DNA of 64,000 nucleotides from Gammaproteobacteria bacterium (GCA_965243205.1 CBDEUK010000002.1:1952001-2016000); one strand, 5' to 3'; positions 1-8,685 are shown, counted from the first letter of the stretch. The notes: generated from the sequence alone by a model not told the origin. Made by a program: numbers and translations.

Positions 1-717
1 ATGCGACCTAGCGGTAGACAAGCGGATGAATTAAGAGAAGTCAGCATCCAACGACATTACACCTGCCATGCCGAAGGCTCGGTTTTAATAGCGTTTGGCA
101 ATACCAAAGTATTGTGTAATGCGAGTTTTGACGCGGGTGTACCGGGTTTTTTAAAAGGCAAAGGCGAAGGTTGGGTTACCGCAGAATACGGAATGCTACC
201 GCGCTCAACGGGTAGCAGAATGCGCCGCGAAGCCACAGCAGGCAAACAAGGTGGCCGTACCTTGGAAATTCAACGCTTGATTGGTCGTTCATTAAGAGCG
301 GTCGTCGATATGAAAAAGTTAGGTGAAAACACCATTGTTTTAGATTGTGATGTGATTCAGGCCGATGGTGGAACACGTACAGCATCGATCACAGGTGCTT
401 ATGTTGCACTTCAAGATGCGATTCAATCGGGTTTGGACAAAGGCATCATTACGGAATCGCCTTTACTAGCGAAAGTTGCCTCCATTTCAGTTGGTATACA
501 TAACGGCACCCCCGTTTTGGATTTGGATTATGCCGAAGATTCAACAGCCGAAACCGATATGAATGTGGTGATGAATGACAAAGGCGAATTCATTGAAGTG
601 CAAGGCACCGCGGAGGGCCATCCGTTTAACCCTGATGAACTCAATGCCATGTTAGCTTTAGCACAAAAAGGCATTACGGAATTACAAGCCAAACAAGAAG
701 AGTCGTTAAAAGGTTAA
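1..717 (+). CDS. rph: Ribonuclease PH
   Basis: MRPSGR start; [29 protein letters not shown] and [13 protein letters not shown] motifs. Confidence 0.97.
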   Translation: MRPSGRQADELREVSIQRHYTCHAEGSVLIAFGNTKVLCNASFDAGVPGFLKGKGEGWVTAEYGMLPRSTGSRMRREATAGKQGGRTLEIQRLIGRSLRAVVDMKKLGENTIVLDCDVIQADGGTRTASITGAYVALQDAIQSGLDKGIITESPLLAKVASISVGIHNGTPVLDLDYAEDSTAETDMNVVMNDKGEFIEVQGTAEGHPFNPDELNAMLALAQKGITELQAKQEESLKG

Positions 718-723
718 GTTCTT

Positions 724-1326
724 ATGAGTAAGCCGATTGTGTTGGCCAGTGGTAACAAAGGAAAAGTCCGTGAGATTTCACAAATGCTTGAACACTTGGA
801 TTACGATGTGCAACCACAATCGGTTTATCAAGTTCCAGAAGTTCCTGAAACAGGATTAAGCTTTGTTGAAAATGCTTTGATAAAAGCACGTAATGCTTCA
901 AAGCAAACAGGCTTACCTGCAATTGCCGATGATTCGGGTATTGCCGTTGATGCATTAAACGGCGCACCAGGAATTTATTCAGCGCGTTATGCAGGCGAAC
1001 CTTCTAATGATCTCGCAAACTTAAATAAATTAATCGAAGAAGTTAAAAACATTCCTGAACAAAATCGTGGCGCTGCTTTTGTTTGCGTAATGGTGTTTGT
1101 TCGTCATCATGAAGATCCATTACCGATTATTGCTGAAGGCATTTGGCGAGGTACTTTGGTGACAGAACCCGTTGGGGAAAATGGCTTTGGTTATGACCCC
1201 ATGTTTTATTTATCTGAACATCAATGTACTTCTGCACAACTAAAACCTGAACAAAAAAATACGATCAGCCATAGAGCGATTGCGTTACAAACATTATTAA
1301 CGCAATTAGAAGCTATCAATTTATAA
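724..1326 (+). CDS. rdgB: Non-canonical purine NTP pyrophosphatase (dITP/XTP)
   Basis: ASGNKGK, ADDSG, PGIYSARYAG, GFGYDP and KNTISHR Ham1-family motifs; follows rph. Confidence 0.96.
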   Translation: MSKPIVLASGNKGKVREISQMLEHLDYDVQPQSVYQVPEVPETGLSFVENALIKARNASKQTGLPAIADDSGIAVDALNGAPGIYSARYAGEPSNDLANLNKLIEEVKNIPEQNRGAAFVCVMVFVRHHEDPLPIIAEGIWRGTLVTEPVGENGFGYDPMFYLSEHQCTSAQLKPEQKNTISHRAIALQTLLTQLEAINL

Positions 1327-1331
1327 AATAC

Positions 1332-2291
1332 TCAATTATCCAAAGGACTGATCACGCCTCTGCCGCCTTTGTTCATTACATGTGTATAAATCATCGTAGT
1401 CTTTACATCTTTATGGCCTAATAAATCCTGAATGGTCCTTATATCATATCCATCTTCTAAAAGATGTGTTGCGAAAGAATGTCTAAGCGTATGACTGGTT
1501 ACAGGTTTTGTAAGGCCAATATTTCGTAATGCATTTTTAATTGCACGTTGAATGGTTTTTTCATCAATATGATGACGACGTATTTTATTACTACGTGGAT
1601 CGATTGAACGTTTGTGCGATGGAAAAACATATTGCCAAGCCAATTCACGGGCAGCATTCGGATATTTTCTCGATAAAGCAAACGGCAAATAAACTTCACC
1701 ATAACCTTCGTTCAAATCAGTATCATGTAATGTCTTAACGTGATGAATTTGTTTGTGGAGTTCTAGCAATAAAATTTCTGGTAAGACTGTTTTTCGATCT
1801 TTTCCTCCTTTACCATCTCGAATATTAATTGAATGATATTCAAAGTCGATGTCCTTGACTCTAAGCCGTATCGCTTCCATTAATCTCATACCTGTGCCAT
1901 ACATTAATCGAGCTATAAGACTATTAATACCCGTTATTTCAGATAATAATAAATTCACTTCAGGCTTGGTTAACACCACTGGTAGTCGTTTCGGCTTCTT
2001 TGCACGCACAACATCGTTAATCCAATCTATCTCTAATGATAAAACTTCCTTATATAAAAATAATAAAGCAGATAAAGCTTGATTTTGAGTTGAAGCTGAG
2101 ACATTCTTTTCTACAGCTAAATCAGTCAAAAAAGCGGTGACTTCTGGTTCACCCATATCTTTTGGATGTTTTTTATTATGGAAGTATATAAAGCGTTTGA
2201 TCCACTGAAGATAAGCTTCTTCAGTACGAATACTATAATGGCGGACACGGATTGCGTCCCGAACTTGATCCAACAATTTAGGTTGCTTCAT
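1332..2291 (-). CDS. intI: Integron integrase (tyrosine recombinase), apparently intact
   Basis: RHYSIRTEEAY N-terminus; GMR, HTLRHSFATHLL, LLGH and TMIYTHV catalytic motifs; integron-specific insert VYLPFALSRKYPNAARELAWQYVFPS; SD GGGAGG upstream. Confidence 0.96.
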   Translation of the reverse strand: MKQPKLLDQVRDAIRVRHYSIRTEEAYLQWIKRFIYFHNKKHPKDMGEPEVTAFLTDLAVEKNVSASTQNQALSALLFLYKEVLSLEIDWINDVVRAKKPKRLPVVLTKPEVNLLLSEITGINSLIARLMYGTGMRLMEAIRLRVKDIDFEYHSINIRDGKGGKDRKTVLPEILLLELHKQIHHVKTLHDTDLNEGYGEVYLPFALSRKYPNAARELAWQYVFPSHKRSIDPRSNKIRRHHIDEKTIQRAIKNALRNIGLTKPVTSHTLRHSFATHLLEDGYDIRTIQDLLGHKDVKTTMIYTHVMNKGGRGVISPLDN

Positions 2292-2337
2292 ATCATCCTC
2301 CCTGCGATGTTTAAAAATCCATTTAGGTCTTGTTTTT

Positions 2338-2366
2338 TTGACCTAAACTATTGTTTTTATTATACC
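2338..2366 (+). promoter_or_regulatory. Candidate cassette promoter Pc
   Basis: TTGACC-17 bp-TATACC pointing into the array. Confidence 0.4.
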
Positions 2367-2387
2367 CCAGTTTTTTATACACCCCAA
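2359..2387 (-). promoter_or_regulatory. Candidate integrase promoter Pint
   Basis: Minus strand TTGGGG-17 bp-TATAAT upstream of intI. Confidence 0.5.
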
Positions 2388-2415
2388 AAGTCGTTTTTTA
2401 ATCCGACAATTAGGG

Positions 2416-2434
2416 TGTCTAGTTATAGTTAGAG
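2416..2434 (+). other. attI: attI site (crossover G/TT at 2428/2429)
   Basis: GTTAGAGAGATT (2428-2439) is the exact reverse complement of AATCTCTCTAAC (2808-2819) at the end of cassette 1. Confidence 0.8.
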
Positions 2435-2441
2435 AGATTAA

Positions 2442-2855
2442 ATGAAAAAACTACTTTTAATATTTCTCTTGTTATCAGGCTGCACTTCCTTTCATGCTCA
2501 AGTTCAAAATAAAAATACCCTTTATAACTTGAGTGAATCTGAAGCATTTTCATTGATGGAAACAGTTATAAATAATTCTGTTCTAAATGGAGAGTTTGAT
2601 AAATATAGTGAATTTGCAGAAATATTTTCTGTATTTATTGGTGATGTAAAAGGCGTATATAGTTTTGAAAAACGTAATGAGGGAATTGAAATCACTTTTA
2701 GTATTATTGGTGAAAATGTGCCGGTTTGGGAATCAGCGAATTTTGATAAATTTAATGATTTATATTTGAAATTGCATGAAATGTTCAAACAAAAATCAGA
2801 AGAGAAAAATCTCTCTAACAAATTATTCCAGCCGACCGCTTACGCGGCCGGCTGA
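2442..2855 (+). CDS. Cassette 1: hypothetical lipoprotein; ORF runs into its attC
   Basis: Lipobox LSGC; stop codon lies inside the attC. Confidence 0.75.
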   Translation: MKKLLLIFLLLSGCTSFHAQVQNKNTLYNLSESEAFSLMETVINNSVLNGEFDKYSEFAEIFSVFIGDVKGVYSFEKRNEGIEITFSIIGENVPVWESANFDKFNDLYLKLHEMFKQKSEEKNLSNKLFQPTAYAAG

Positions 2856-2870
2856 ATTCAAACGTTATGT
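2813..2870 (+). repeat. attC: attC-1 (58 bp, type A)
   Basis: CTCTAAC...ATTCCAGCCGACCGCTTACGCGGCCGGCTGAATTCAAAC-GTTATGT. Confidence 0.92.
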
Positions 2871-2890
2871 TTTATTAAAGGATCCTATAA

Positions 2891-3478
2891 ATGAATAAAC
2901 TTGGTTTTGTATTATTGTTTTCTATATTTCTTATCTCTTGTGGAACTGCTCCGGAAAAGCAATATTCTAATTCTGTTGCAAACTCTTCAAACCCTGCTCT
3001 AACTAGCAAAGAGGCCATTGATAAATCGAAACATATAGAAATAAAAGAAAAAGAAATAATAAGAGCTGAAATTAGACTAGAAGATCCAACAATTCAATAT
3101 GGTGGGATTATATCTAATTATAAAATATTTAAAATTAATGCTAAACAAAATAAAAAATATACTATTGAGTTAAGGACATTATGTAGTTGTTTTAGCTGGA
3201 CCAAACATATTCTTTTTCCTGTAGCTTATTTAATGGATTCAAACGGCAATACAATTAATAGCAAACCAATAAAATTCGAAAAAGGATCTGAAGGGCTTAC
3301 ATTACCTGCTAATTTACATCTAATTTTCGAAGGTAGATTTCCTGAAAACGATACCTATTATTTTATGATTGCCGCTGACAATAGCAATATTGGAGAACCT
3401 ATTATTACTTATCAAAATGGCTTCACTATAGATAGCTATCCTACTGGAGACATAATAATTAGTTATAACCATGAATGA
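2891..3478 (+). CDS. Cassette 2: lipoprotein, possibly MalM-like
   Basis: Lipobox LISC; ILFPVAYLMD...YYFMIAAD only loosely resembles MalM. Confidence 0.65.
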   Translation: MNKLGFVLLFSIFLISCGTAPEKQYSNSVANSSNPALTSKEAIDKSKHIEIKEKEIIRAEIRLEDPTIQYGGIISNYKIFKINAKQNKKYTIELRTLCSCFSWTKHILFPVAYLMDSNGNTINSKPIKFEKGSEGLTLPANLHLIFEGRFPENDTYYFMIAADNSNIGEPIITYQNGFTIDSYPTGDIIISYNHE

Positions 3479-3484
3479 AATAAA

Positions 3485-3547
3485 ACATAACAAATTATTC
3501 AACTGGAACGCGCCTAAGCGGCGCGCCCGTTAATTCCACCGTTATGT
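3485..3547 (+). repeat. attC: attC-2 (63 bp, type B)
   Basis: ACATAAC...GCGCCTAAGCGGCGC...GTTATGT. Confidence 0.88.
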
Positions 3548-3565
3548 GTATATGGAATATATATT

Positions 3566-3799
3566 ATGAAAATGATAGCGATATTACTTAATTTAATATT
3601 ATTAAGTTTTGTAGGTTATTTAATATATGACAAAGGAATACCAGATGATGAAGAATTTTTTATTTTTTTATTATTTACTGCAACGCCATTTTTTAATTTG
3701 ATAGCTATTTTGACAAGTCATGGTGAAACTTTTTTAAGTTTATACTTAAAAAGAAAAGCTCTAGAGGAAAAGAAAAAAATTGAAAATCTTCAGAGATAA
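3566..3799 (+). CDS. Cassette 3: small two-TM protein with basic C-terminal tail
   Basis: Two hydrophobic segments; bounded by attC sites. Confidence 0.75.
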   Translation: MKMIAILLNLILLSFVGYLIYDKGIPDDEEFFIFLLFTATPFFNLIAILTSHGETFLSLYLKRKALEEKKKIENLQR

Positions 3800-3823
3800 A
3801 AAAATCATATTTTCAAAAAAAAC

Positions 3824-3881
3824 ATATAACAAGTCATTCAAGCCAACCGCTTGCGCGGTCGGCTGAATTCAAACGTTAGCT
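3824..3881 (+). repeat. attC: attC-3 (58 bp, type A)
   Basis: ATATAAC...AGCCAACCGCTTGCGCGGTCGGCTGAATTCAAAC-GTTAGCT. Confidence 0.9.
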
Positions 3882-3888
3882 CTTAATA

Positions 3889-4302
3889 ATGGATATTAAT
3901 AGATTGCATACGAAACGTCAGTTAAACGTTCAAGAACAAAATGCTCTTGAGAAAAGTAGTATTATGGAAGTGGCCAAATCATACTTAGCAAAAGAACTAC
4001 ATACCGCTTGGGTGAGTGATGCGCTGAAATCTAAAGCTATTAATTCTGATCTAGGTATTCTTATAAAAGTTTCATCAACTCCTTGTGGAGGAAATGAACA
4101 ATCTTCATATGCAACATGGCTAACAGTAGATGAACAGTTTTATGAGATTGAGGCAACAACGATATTAGATAGCTATGAATTAGTATCCGTTGATGTTATT
4201 GATAATAGCTCTGAAGTAGTAGAGATAAGTAGCCATCTTCGCGGCAAAGGTAAGAGCTTTGGACAACTTTCGTTAGAGATTCTCAATGAATTATCAAAAT
4301 AG
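3889..4302 (+). CDS. Cassette 4: hypothetical soluble protein
   Basis: ORF fills the interval between attC sites; no family recognised. Confidence 0.75.
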   Translation: MDINRLHTKRQLNVQEQNALEKSSIMEVAKSYLAKELHTAWVSDALKSKAINSDLGILIKVSSTPCGGNEQSSYATWLTVDEQFYEIEATTILDSYELVSVDVIDNSSEVVEISSHLRGKGKSFGQLSLEILNELSK

Positions 4303-4360
4303 AGCTAACAAATCATTCCAGGCGACCGCTAACGCGTCCGGCTGAATTCAAACGTTAGCG
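4303..4360 (+). repeat. attC: attC-4 (58 bp, type A)
   Basis: AGCTAAC...GGCTGAATTCAAAC-GTTAGCG. Confidence 0.9.
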
Positions 4361-4368
4361 GTAAAAAA

Positions 4369-4713
4369 ATGGAAATATCAGAATTTACAGGTAAACGATA
4401 CGATTTGGCGATTGATCTATTCCAGGAAAGAAAGGATAGTTTGCTATATGAAGGTATTCTTTTCATAAACAAGGGAAACTTAATAGAAGTCAATTCATAT
4501 TCCGATTGGGAGCTGGAAAGAATCACTGAAGCCGTGGCAAAAGAAAAGATTGAAAGGTCAAAGCAAGTAATTCACCAACTATCAGTAAGCAGTAAAGAAT
4601 TCAAAGAAATTGAGTCCGTACTACCTAAAGAGTATGTATTCTGTCATGACTATCATACTGGTGCAGTAATGCTCGCGAGTGAAATAAAAGGTGAATTTAA
4701 ATGGCACCTATAA
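4369..4713 (+). CDS. Cassette 5: hypothetical soluble protein
   Basis: ORF fills the cassette; no family recognised. Confidence 0.75.
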   Translation: MEISEFTGKRYDLAIDLFQERKDSLLYEGILFINKGNLIEVNSYSDWELERITEAVAKEKIERSKQVIHQLSVSSKEFKEIESVLPKEYVFCHDYHTGAVMLASEIKGEFKWHL

Positions 4714-4723
4714 ACATAATAAC

Positions 4724-4781
4724 CGCTAACAAGTCATTCCAGCCGACCGCTAGTGCGGCCGGCGGAACTCAAACGTTAGAT
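4724..4781 (+). repeat. attC: attC-5 (58 bp, type A)
   Basis: CGCTAAC...CCGACCGCTAGTGCGGCCGG...CAAAC-GTTAGAT. Confidence 0.9.
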
Positions 4782-4786
4782 TTTAT

Positions 4787-5092
4787 ATGTCAGATCTATT
4801 ATTTTTGTATTTTATAGCCTTTATATCTAACATCTATATTGGATATTCTGAGTCAGTGAAAAAAACTGAAGAAATAATAGGTATTTCTCAAGGCATTTTA
4901 ATTGGTTTAATTATTGGTGTTATTTGTTTAGCAATTTTTAAAGTAACAAGTTTTATTTGGGCATTTGCAAAAAAAAATCAAAAGAAATCTATAGGTGCAA
5001 TAATTGGTGTGAGTTATTCCCTTTTTTGCATCTCAGTTATGATTTTTTGTTGTGTTGCCACAGGTAACCTGACAGAGTATTTAATATCATGA
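4787..5092 (+). CDS. Cassette 6: small membrane protein (~3 TM)
   Basis: Hydrophobic segments; bounded by attC sites. Confidence 0.7.
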   Translation: MSDLLFLYFIAFISNIYIGYSESVKKTEEIIGISQGILIGLIIGVICLAIFKVTSFIWAFAKKNQKKSIGAIIGVSYSLFCISVMIFCCVATGNLTEYLIS

Positions 5093-5104
5093 ATTACTCG
5101 AAAA

Positions 5105-5162
5105 ACCTAACAAGTTATTCCAGCCGGCCGCTGTCACAGCCGGCTAAATTCAAACGTTAGTT
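5105..5162 (+). repeat. attC: attC-6 (58 bp, type A)
   Basis: ACCTAAC...AGCCGGC...GCCGGCT...CAAAC-GTTAGTT. Confidence 0.88.
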
Positions 5163-5164
5163 CT

Positions 5165-5524
5165 ATGAAATTATCTGCATATATGGCAATTATATTGGGA
5201 TTGGTGTTGGCATTCCTTGAAGCTGTTAGAAATTGGGGTAATTGGCAGTGGTGGCCATATTGGGTAATCGACTACATTATGGCCGTACTATTAATCAGTG
5301 GTGGCATTCTAGTATTGCTAGGCAAAAAAGCTTCAGGTCGGGTTTTAGCTTGTGCATGGGGAGTATCTTTTGGTGCAGGCTATATGAGTTTTTGGAGCCA
5401 TGTAGAAAATTTTCATAATCCTGCTCATGGAAACATTAGCCAAGCGCCATTGACGTACTTAATTGGGTTTGGTCTTATTTGTTGTATTATTGGTTTTTTA
5501 CTAACCGTATATGGAGAAAACTAA
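5165..5524 (+). CDS. Cassette 7: four-TM membrane protein with Trp-rich loop
   Basis: Four hydrophobic segments; RNWGNWQWWPYWVID loop. Confidence 0.75.
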   Translation: MKLSAYMAIILGLVLAFLEAVRNWGNWQWWPYWVIDYIMAVLLISGGILVLLGKKASGRVLACAWGVSFGAGYMSFWSHVENFHNPAHGNISQAPLTYLIGFGLICCIIGFLLTVYGEN

Positions 5525-5527
5525 AAT

Positions 5528-5585
5528 GACTAACGAGTCATTCCAGTCGATCTCTTACATCGGTGACGGAATTCAATCGTTAGTT
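5528..5585 (+). repeat. attC: attC-7 (58 bp, type A, diverged)
   Basis: GACTAAC...ATTCCAG...GGAATTCAATC-GTTAGTT with a weakened stem. Confidence 0.75.
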
Positions 5586-5619
5586 TTATTAATAATAAAT
5601 TAAAAAATAAGGAGACATT

Positions 5620-6135
5620 ATGTATTTCAAAAATATAATAATTTTATCAGTAATATTTTTAGCCAGTGGTTGCGCCGGTCCTGTAGTAATTAATTATGCT
5701 CCTAGCTCTACGATGACAGTAGAGGGGGAATTGAAAGTAGGTGATTTTCGATACATTCCAGCTGAAGAAGAAGGTATTAAACCTAATCAATTAAAAAATA
5801 CTGCTCTAGGTGAAATTATTTTAGAGAAAAATATTGATGAATACATTGAAACAGCTTTGTTTACTGAATCTAGATTCGTTGGCATAAAGCTAACAGATTC
5901 TGCTAAAGTTATTACAGGAGATATTAAAGAATTTTTAGTCGATGACCTTGGTTATAGTATTGATTGGACATTGGATATACGTTACGTGATTAGCGATTGT
6001 TATGATAAATCTCATAAACTTGAGAAAAACACAGATAAATTTTCGAATCCTTTTGGTGCTTTGAATGAAGTGGTTAAACTAAATATTGAAATGTTATTCA
6101 ATGATTTTCAGTTTAAAGAATGTATTAAAAACTAA
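5620..6135 (+). CDS. Cassette 8: lipoprotein (possibly YajG-like)
   Basis: SD AGGAG; lipobox ASGC. Confidence 0.75.
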   Translation: MYFKNIIILSVIFLASGCAGPVVINYAPSSTMTVEGELKVGDFRYIPAEEEGIKPNQLKNTALGEIILEKNIDEYIETALFTESRFVGIKLTDSAKVITGDIKEFLVDDLGYSIDWTLDIRYVISDCYDKSHKLEKNTDKFSNPFGALNEVVKLNIEMLFNDFQFKECIKN

Positions 6136-6192
6136 TAATTCATTTTATCAGGGTGCGCCTAAGCGGCGTGCCCATTAATTCCTTTGTTATCT
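6130..6192 (+). repeat. attC: attC-8 (63 bp, type B, degenerate: inverse core AAC>AAT)
   Basis: AACTAAT...GGGTGCGCCTAAGCGGCGTGCCC...GTTATCT; shares its core with attC-2. Confidence 0.7.
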
Positions 6193-6206
6193 CTCTTAAA
6201 AGCTAG

Positions 6207-6827
6207 ATGACAAAAACTGTTAAACCACCCAAACAAGACTTGGCAATGTTGCTTGGGAAGATTCGTAATTGTCGCGAATGTGCTTCTGCCTTACCGCACA
6301 AACCTCGCCCCGTTCTAGCTGCTGGAATCGATGCAAAAATTTTAATTATTGGGCAAGCTCCTGGAAAACGCGTTCAAGACTCAGGAGTCGCTTGGAACGA
6401 TGCGAGTGGTGATCGGCTTCGAGAATGGCTCGGTTTGGATTCGAATATATTTTATGATGAATCATTCATTGCGTTGATGCCTATGGGGTTCTGTTACCCA
6501 GGAACTGGAGATTCTGGTGACCTGCCTCCACGACCCGAATGTGCTCCACTATGGCATGAGCCGTTGCTTGAGCTTTTATCTAATGTACGATTGACTTTAT
6601 TAGTTGGAGCTTATGCCCAACGACATTATTTATCTAAAAAAAGTAAGAGAACACTAACTGAGACTGTCGCTGCTTGGAAGGAGTATCGACCAAAATACGT
6701 ACCACTCCCACATCCGAGCCCACGAAATAATATTTGGATGAAAAAGAATCCTTGGTTTGATGATATGGTATTACCATACTTGAAACAGAGGGTTGGACGA
6801 TTGTTGAAGGAGCGTAACGCGACATAA
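6207..6827 (+). CDS. Cassette 9: uracil-DNA glycosylase superfamily protein
   Basis: CRECAS, IIGQAPG, PMGFCYPG, DLPPRPEC and PLPHPSPRN motifs. Confidence 0.85.
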   Translation: MTKTVKPPKQDLAMLLGKIRNCRECASALPHKPRPVLAAGIDAKILIIGQAPGKRVQDSGVAWNDASGDRLREWLGLDSNIFYDESFIALMPMGFCYPGTGDSGDLPPRPECAPLWHEPLLELLSNVRLTLLVGAYAQRHYLSKKSKRTLTETVAAWKEYRPKYVPLPHPSPRNNIWMKKNPWFDDMVLPYLKQRVGRLLKERNAT

Positions 6828-6869
6828 CAAAGACACTGATTCGTTACTGCTTGAATTCAACTGTAAGGC
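6822..6869 (+). repeat. attC: attC-9 relic (48 bp, core GTT>GTA)
   Basis: ACATAAC...TGAATTCAACT-GTAAGGC; stem largely lost. Confidence 0.5.
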
Positions 6870-6904
6870 TTATCATTAAATTATTCAACAATTGTGGAAA
6901 TTTT

Positions 6905-7285
6905 ATGATTACTAATGAACAACGACAAATTATTTTAAATGCATTAAGCGATGCGAGTGAGCGTTGGAAGAATGCATTTAATTCAGGCGATGCTTCAGCC
7001 TGCGCATTACAATATGAAGCAAACGCTGTGATGACAGCTAAACCATTTGGGACATTTAATGGTACAGAAGAAATACAGGCATTCTGGCAAAAATTAATTG
7101 ATGATGGCTTTTGCGATGTTGAATATGTAAATCCTGAAATAAAAATTGTTGATGTTAATAGTGCTGTCTTGTCAGCAGAATGGAAAATGAATAAAGCTAA
7201 AGGGGTTATTACTAAAGAATTATGGGTAATGCAGAGTGATGGAACTGCAAAGTTACGCATTGATGAGTTTGAGGCACAAGGTTAG
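6905..7285 (+). CDS. SnoaL/NTF2-like (YybH-type) protein
   Basis: WKNAFNSGDA..CA..Y...A and G..EIQAFW pattern; ATG 6905 preferred over the TTG inside the attC relic. Confidence 0.75.
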   Translation: MITNEQRQIILNALSDASERWKNAFNSGDASACALQYEANAVMTAKPFGTFNGTEEIQAFWQKLIDDGFCDVEYVNPEIKIVDVNSAVLSAEWKMNKAKGVITKELWVMQSDGTAKLRIDEFEAQG

Positions 7286-7350
7286 AAATCAAATCCACAA
7301 AACTTAAAAACATTTTATTTGAGCGTTAGGTATTTTAGAGAATAATTTTT

Positions 7351-7728
7351 ATGAATTTACAAAATAACAAAGAAAACGCTATTTCATTCTATAAAATGGC
7401 ATATATGGGTAATCCTGTTGAAGCTGTAAAGCTATACGTTGGTGATGAATATATACAACATAATCCTTTAGTAGGTAATGGCAAGCAGGCATTCATAGAA
7501 TATTTTGAAAAGATGGCAGCGGAGTATCCTGACAAAGAAATAAAATTTGTACGTGCGGTAGCAGAAAATGATTTGGTAGCTTTACATACGCATCAGAAAT
7601 GGCCTGGCGACGAAGAATACGTAACAATAGATTTTTTCAGATTTGATGCAAACGGAAAAATTATTGAACATTGGGATTCAATACAATTAATCCCATCGGA
7701 AACTAAAAATGGCAACACGATGTATTAG
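7351..7728 (+). CDS. SnoaL/NTF2-like protein
   Basis: YIQHNP..GKQAF...AENDLVALH...DFFRFD..GKIIEHWD. Confidence 0.85.
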   Translation: MNLQNNKENAISFYKMAYMGNPVEAVKLYVGDEYIQHNPLVGNGKQAFIEYFEKMAAEYPDKEIKFVRAVAENDLVALHTHQKWPGDEEYVTIDFFRFDANGKIIEHWDSIQLIPSETKNGNTMY

Positions 7729-7788
7729 TAAAATACATAATAATTTATTCAATTATTATGTGATGTAGCTAGATAGGAAGTAAGTATA

Positions 7789-8145
7789 ATGAAAATGAAT
7801 TATTTCGTTTTTGGAACAAACGATATGACAAAGGCCGTTAGTTTCTATGACAATATTTTTGATGGCTCTGAAGTAAATAAAATTCATGATGAAGGACGGA
7901 TGACGTTATGGATGGGTGATGGTTTCATGTTTGCTCTTGCTGAGCCGTTTGATGGAAATGATGCAACAGTAGGAAATGGAACGATGATCGGTTTAAACCT
8001 TGATTCTTCATCTGAAGTCGATCGTATTCACAGCAAGGCAATTTCACTAGGTGCAAAAACGGAAGGTGAACCTGGAATGAGATCAGGAAGGTATTCTGCA
8101 TATTTTCGTGATCTTGATGGAAATAAAATTTGTGTATTTCAATGA
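7789..8145 (+). CDS. VOC/glyoxalase family protein
   Basis: GTND..KAVSFYD, VGNGTM, EGEPG and AYFRDLDGNK motifs. Confidence 0.87.
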   Translation: MKMNYFVFGTNDMTKAVSFYDNIFDGSEVNKIHDEGRMTLWMGDGFMFALAEPFDGNDATVGNGTMIGLNLDSSSEVDRIHSKAISLGAKTEGEPGMRSGRYSAYFRDLDGNKICVFQ

Positions 8146-8238
8146 TCTAACTGAAAGTGTTTTAAGCTTATTATAGTCATTTAACAAATAGCCTATAAAT
8201 CATTTCAGTTAACTAAATTTATACATTAGATTGCATAC

Positions 8239-8640
8239 GTGAAATTATTAAAAAAATTGCATTTTTATTTAGGTATATTACTGATTTTGGTTTTTATACT
8301 TACAGGTCAATACATGCATCACTTTCATTCCCATCTTGAGAACATGTCTGATGGCCCTAGAATGCTATATAGATCTGCACACATATATATTTTCCTCTCT
8401 TCTTTATTAAACATTATGTTTGGTGTTTACTTAATTAAATTTAATCAACACCATAAAATTATAATCCAATACATCACATCCATAATAATATTGATTTCGC
8501 CATTTTTATTATTAATCGGTTTTTTCTTAGAGCCTCAATTATTAGATTTAGAAAGACCCTATAGTAGAATAGGCATCTATAGTCTTTTAATTGCAGCAAT
8601 GTTGCTTATTTATCTAGGGTTTTCTGGAGATAAGAAGTAA
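8239..8640 (+). CDS. Four-TM membrane protein with conserved-looking His residues
   Basis: GTG start; H..TGQYM...RSAHIY; four hydrophobic segments. Confidence 0.7.
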   Translation: MKLLKKLHFYLGILLILVFILTGQYMHHFHSHLENMSDGPRMLYRSAHIYIFLSSLLNIMFGVYLIKFNQHHKIIIQYITSIIILISPFLLLIGFFLEPQLLDLERPYSRIGIYSLLIAAMLLIYLGFSGDKK

Positions 8641-8685
8641 TTTAAAAAAATATCAAACTATCGTATAGCTTAAGGTTTAATTCAT

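Noticed and set aside
2813-5585. Regularly recurring palindromic repeats as a CRISPR array or REP elements
   Set aside because: Spacers are whole genes, the repeats have attC inverse-core/core ends, intI is adjacent and no cas genes are present
6851-6904. TTG start of the 144-aa ORF
   Set aside because: It lies within the attC-9 relic; ATG 6905 is more plausible
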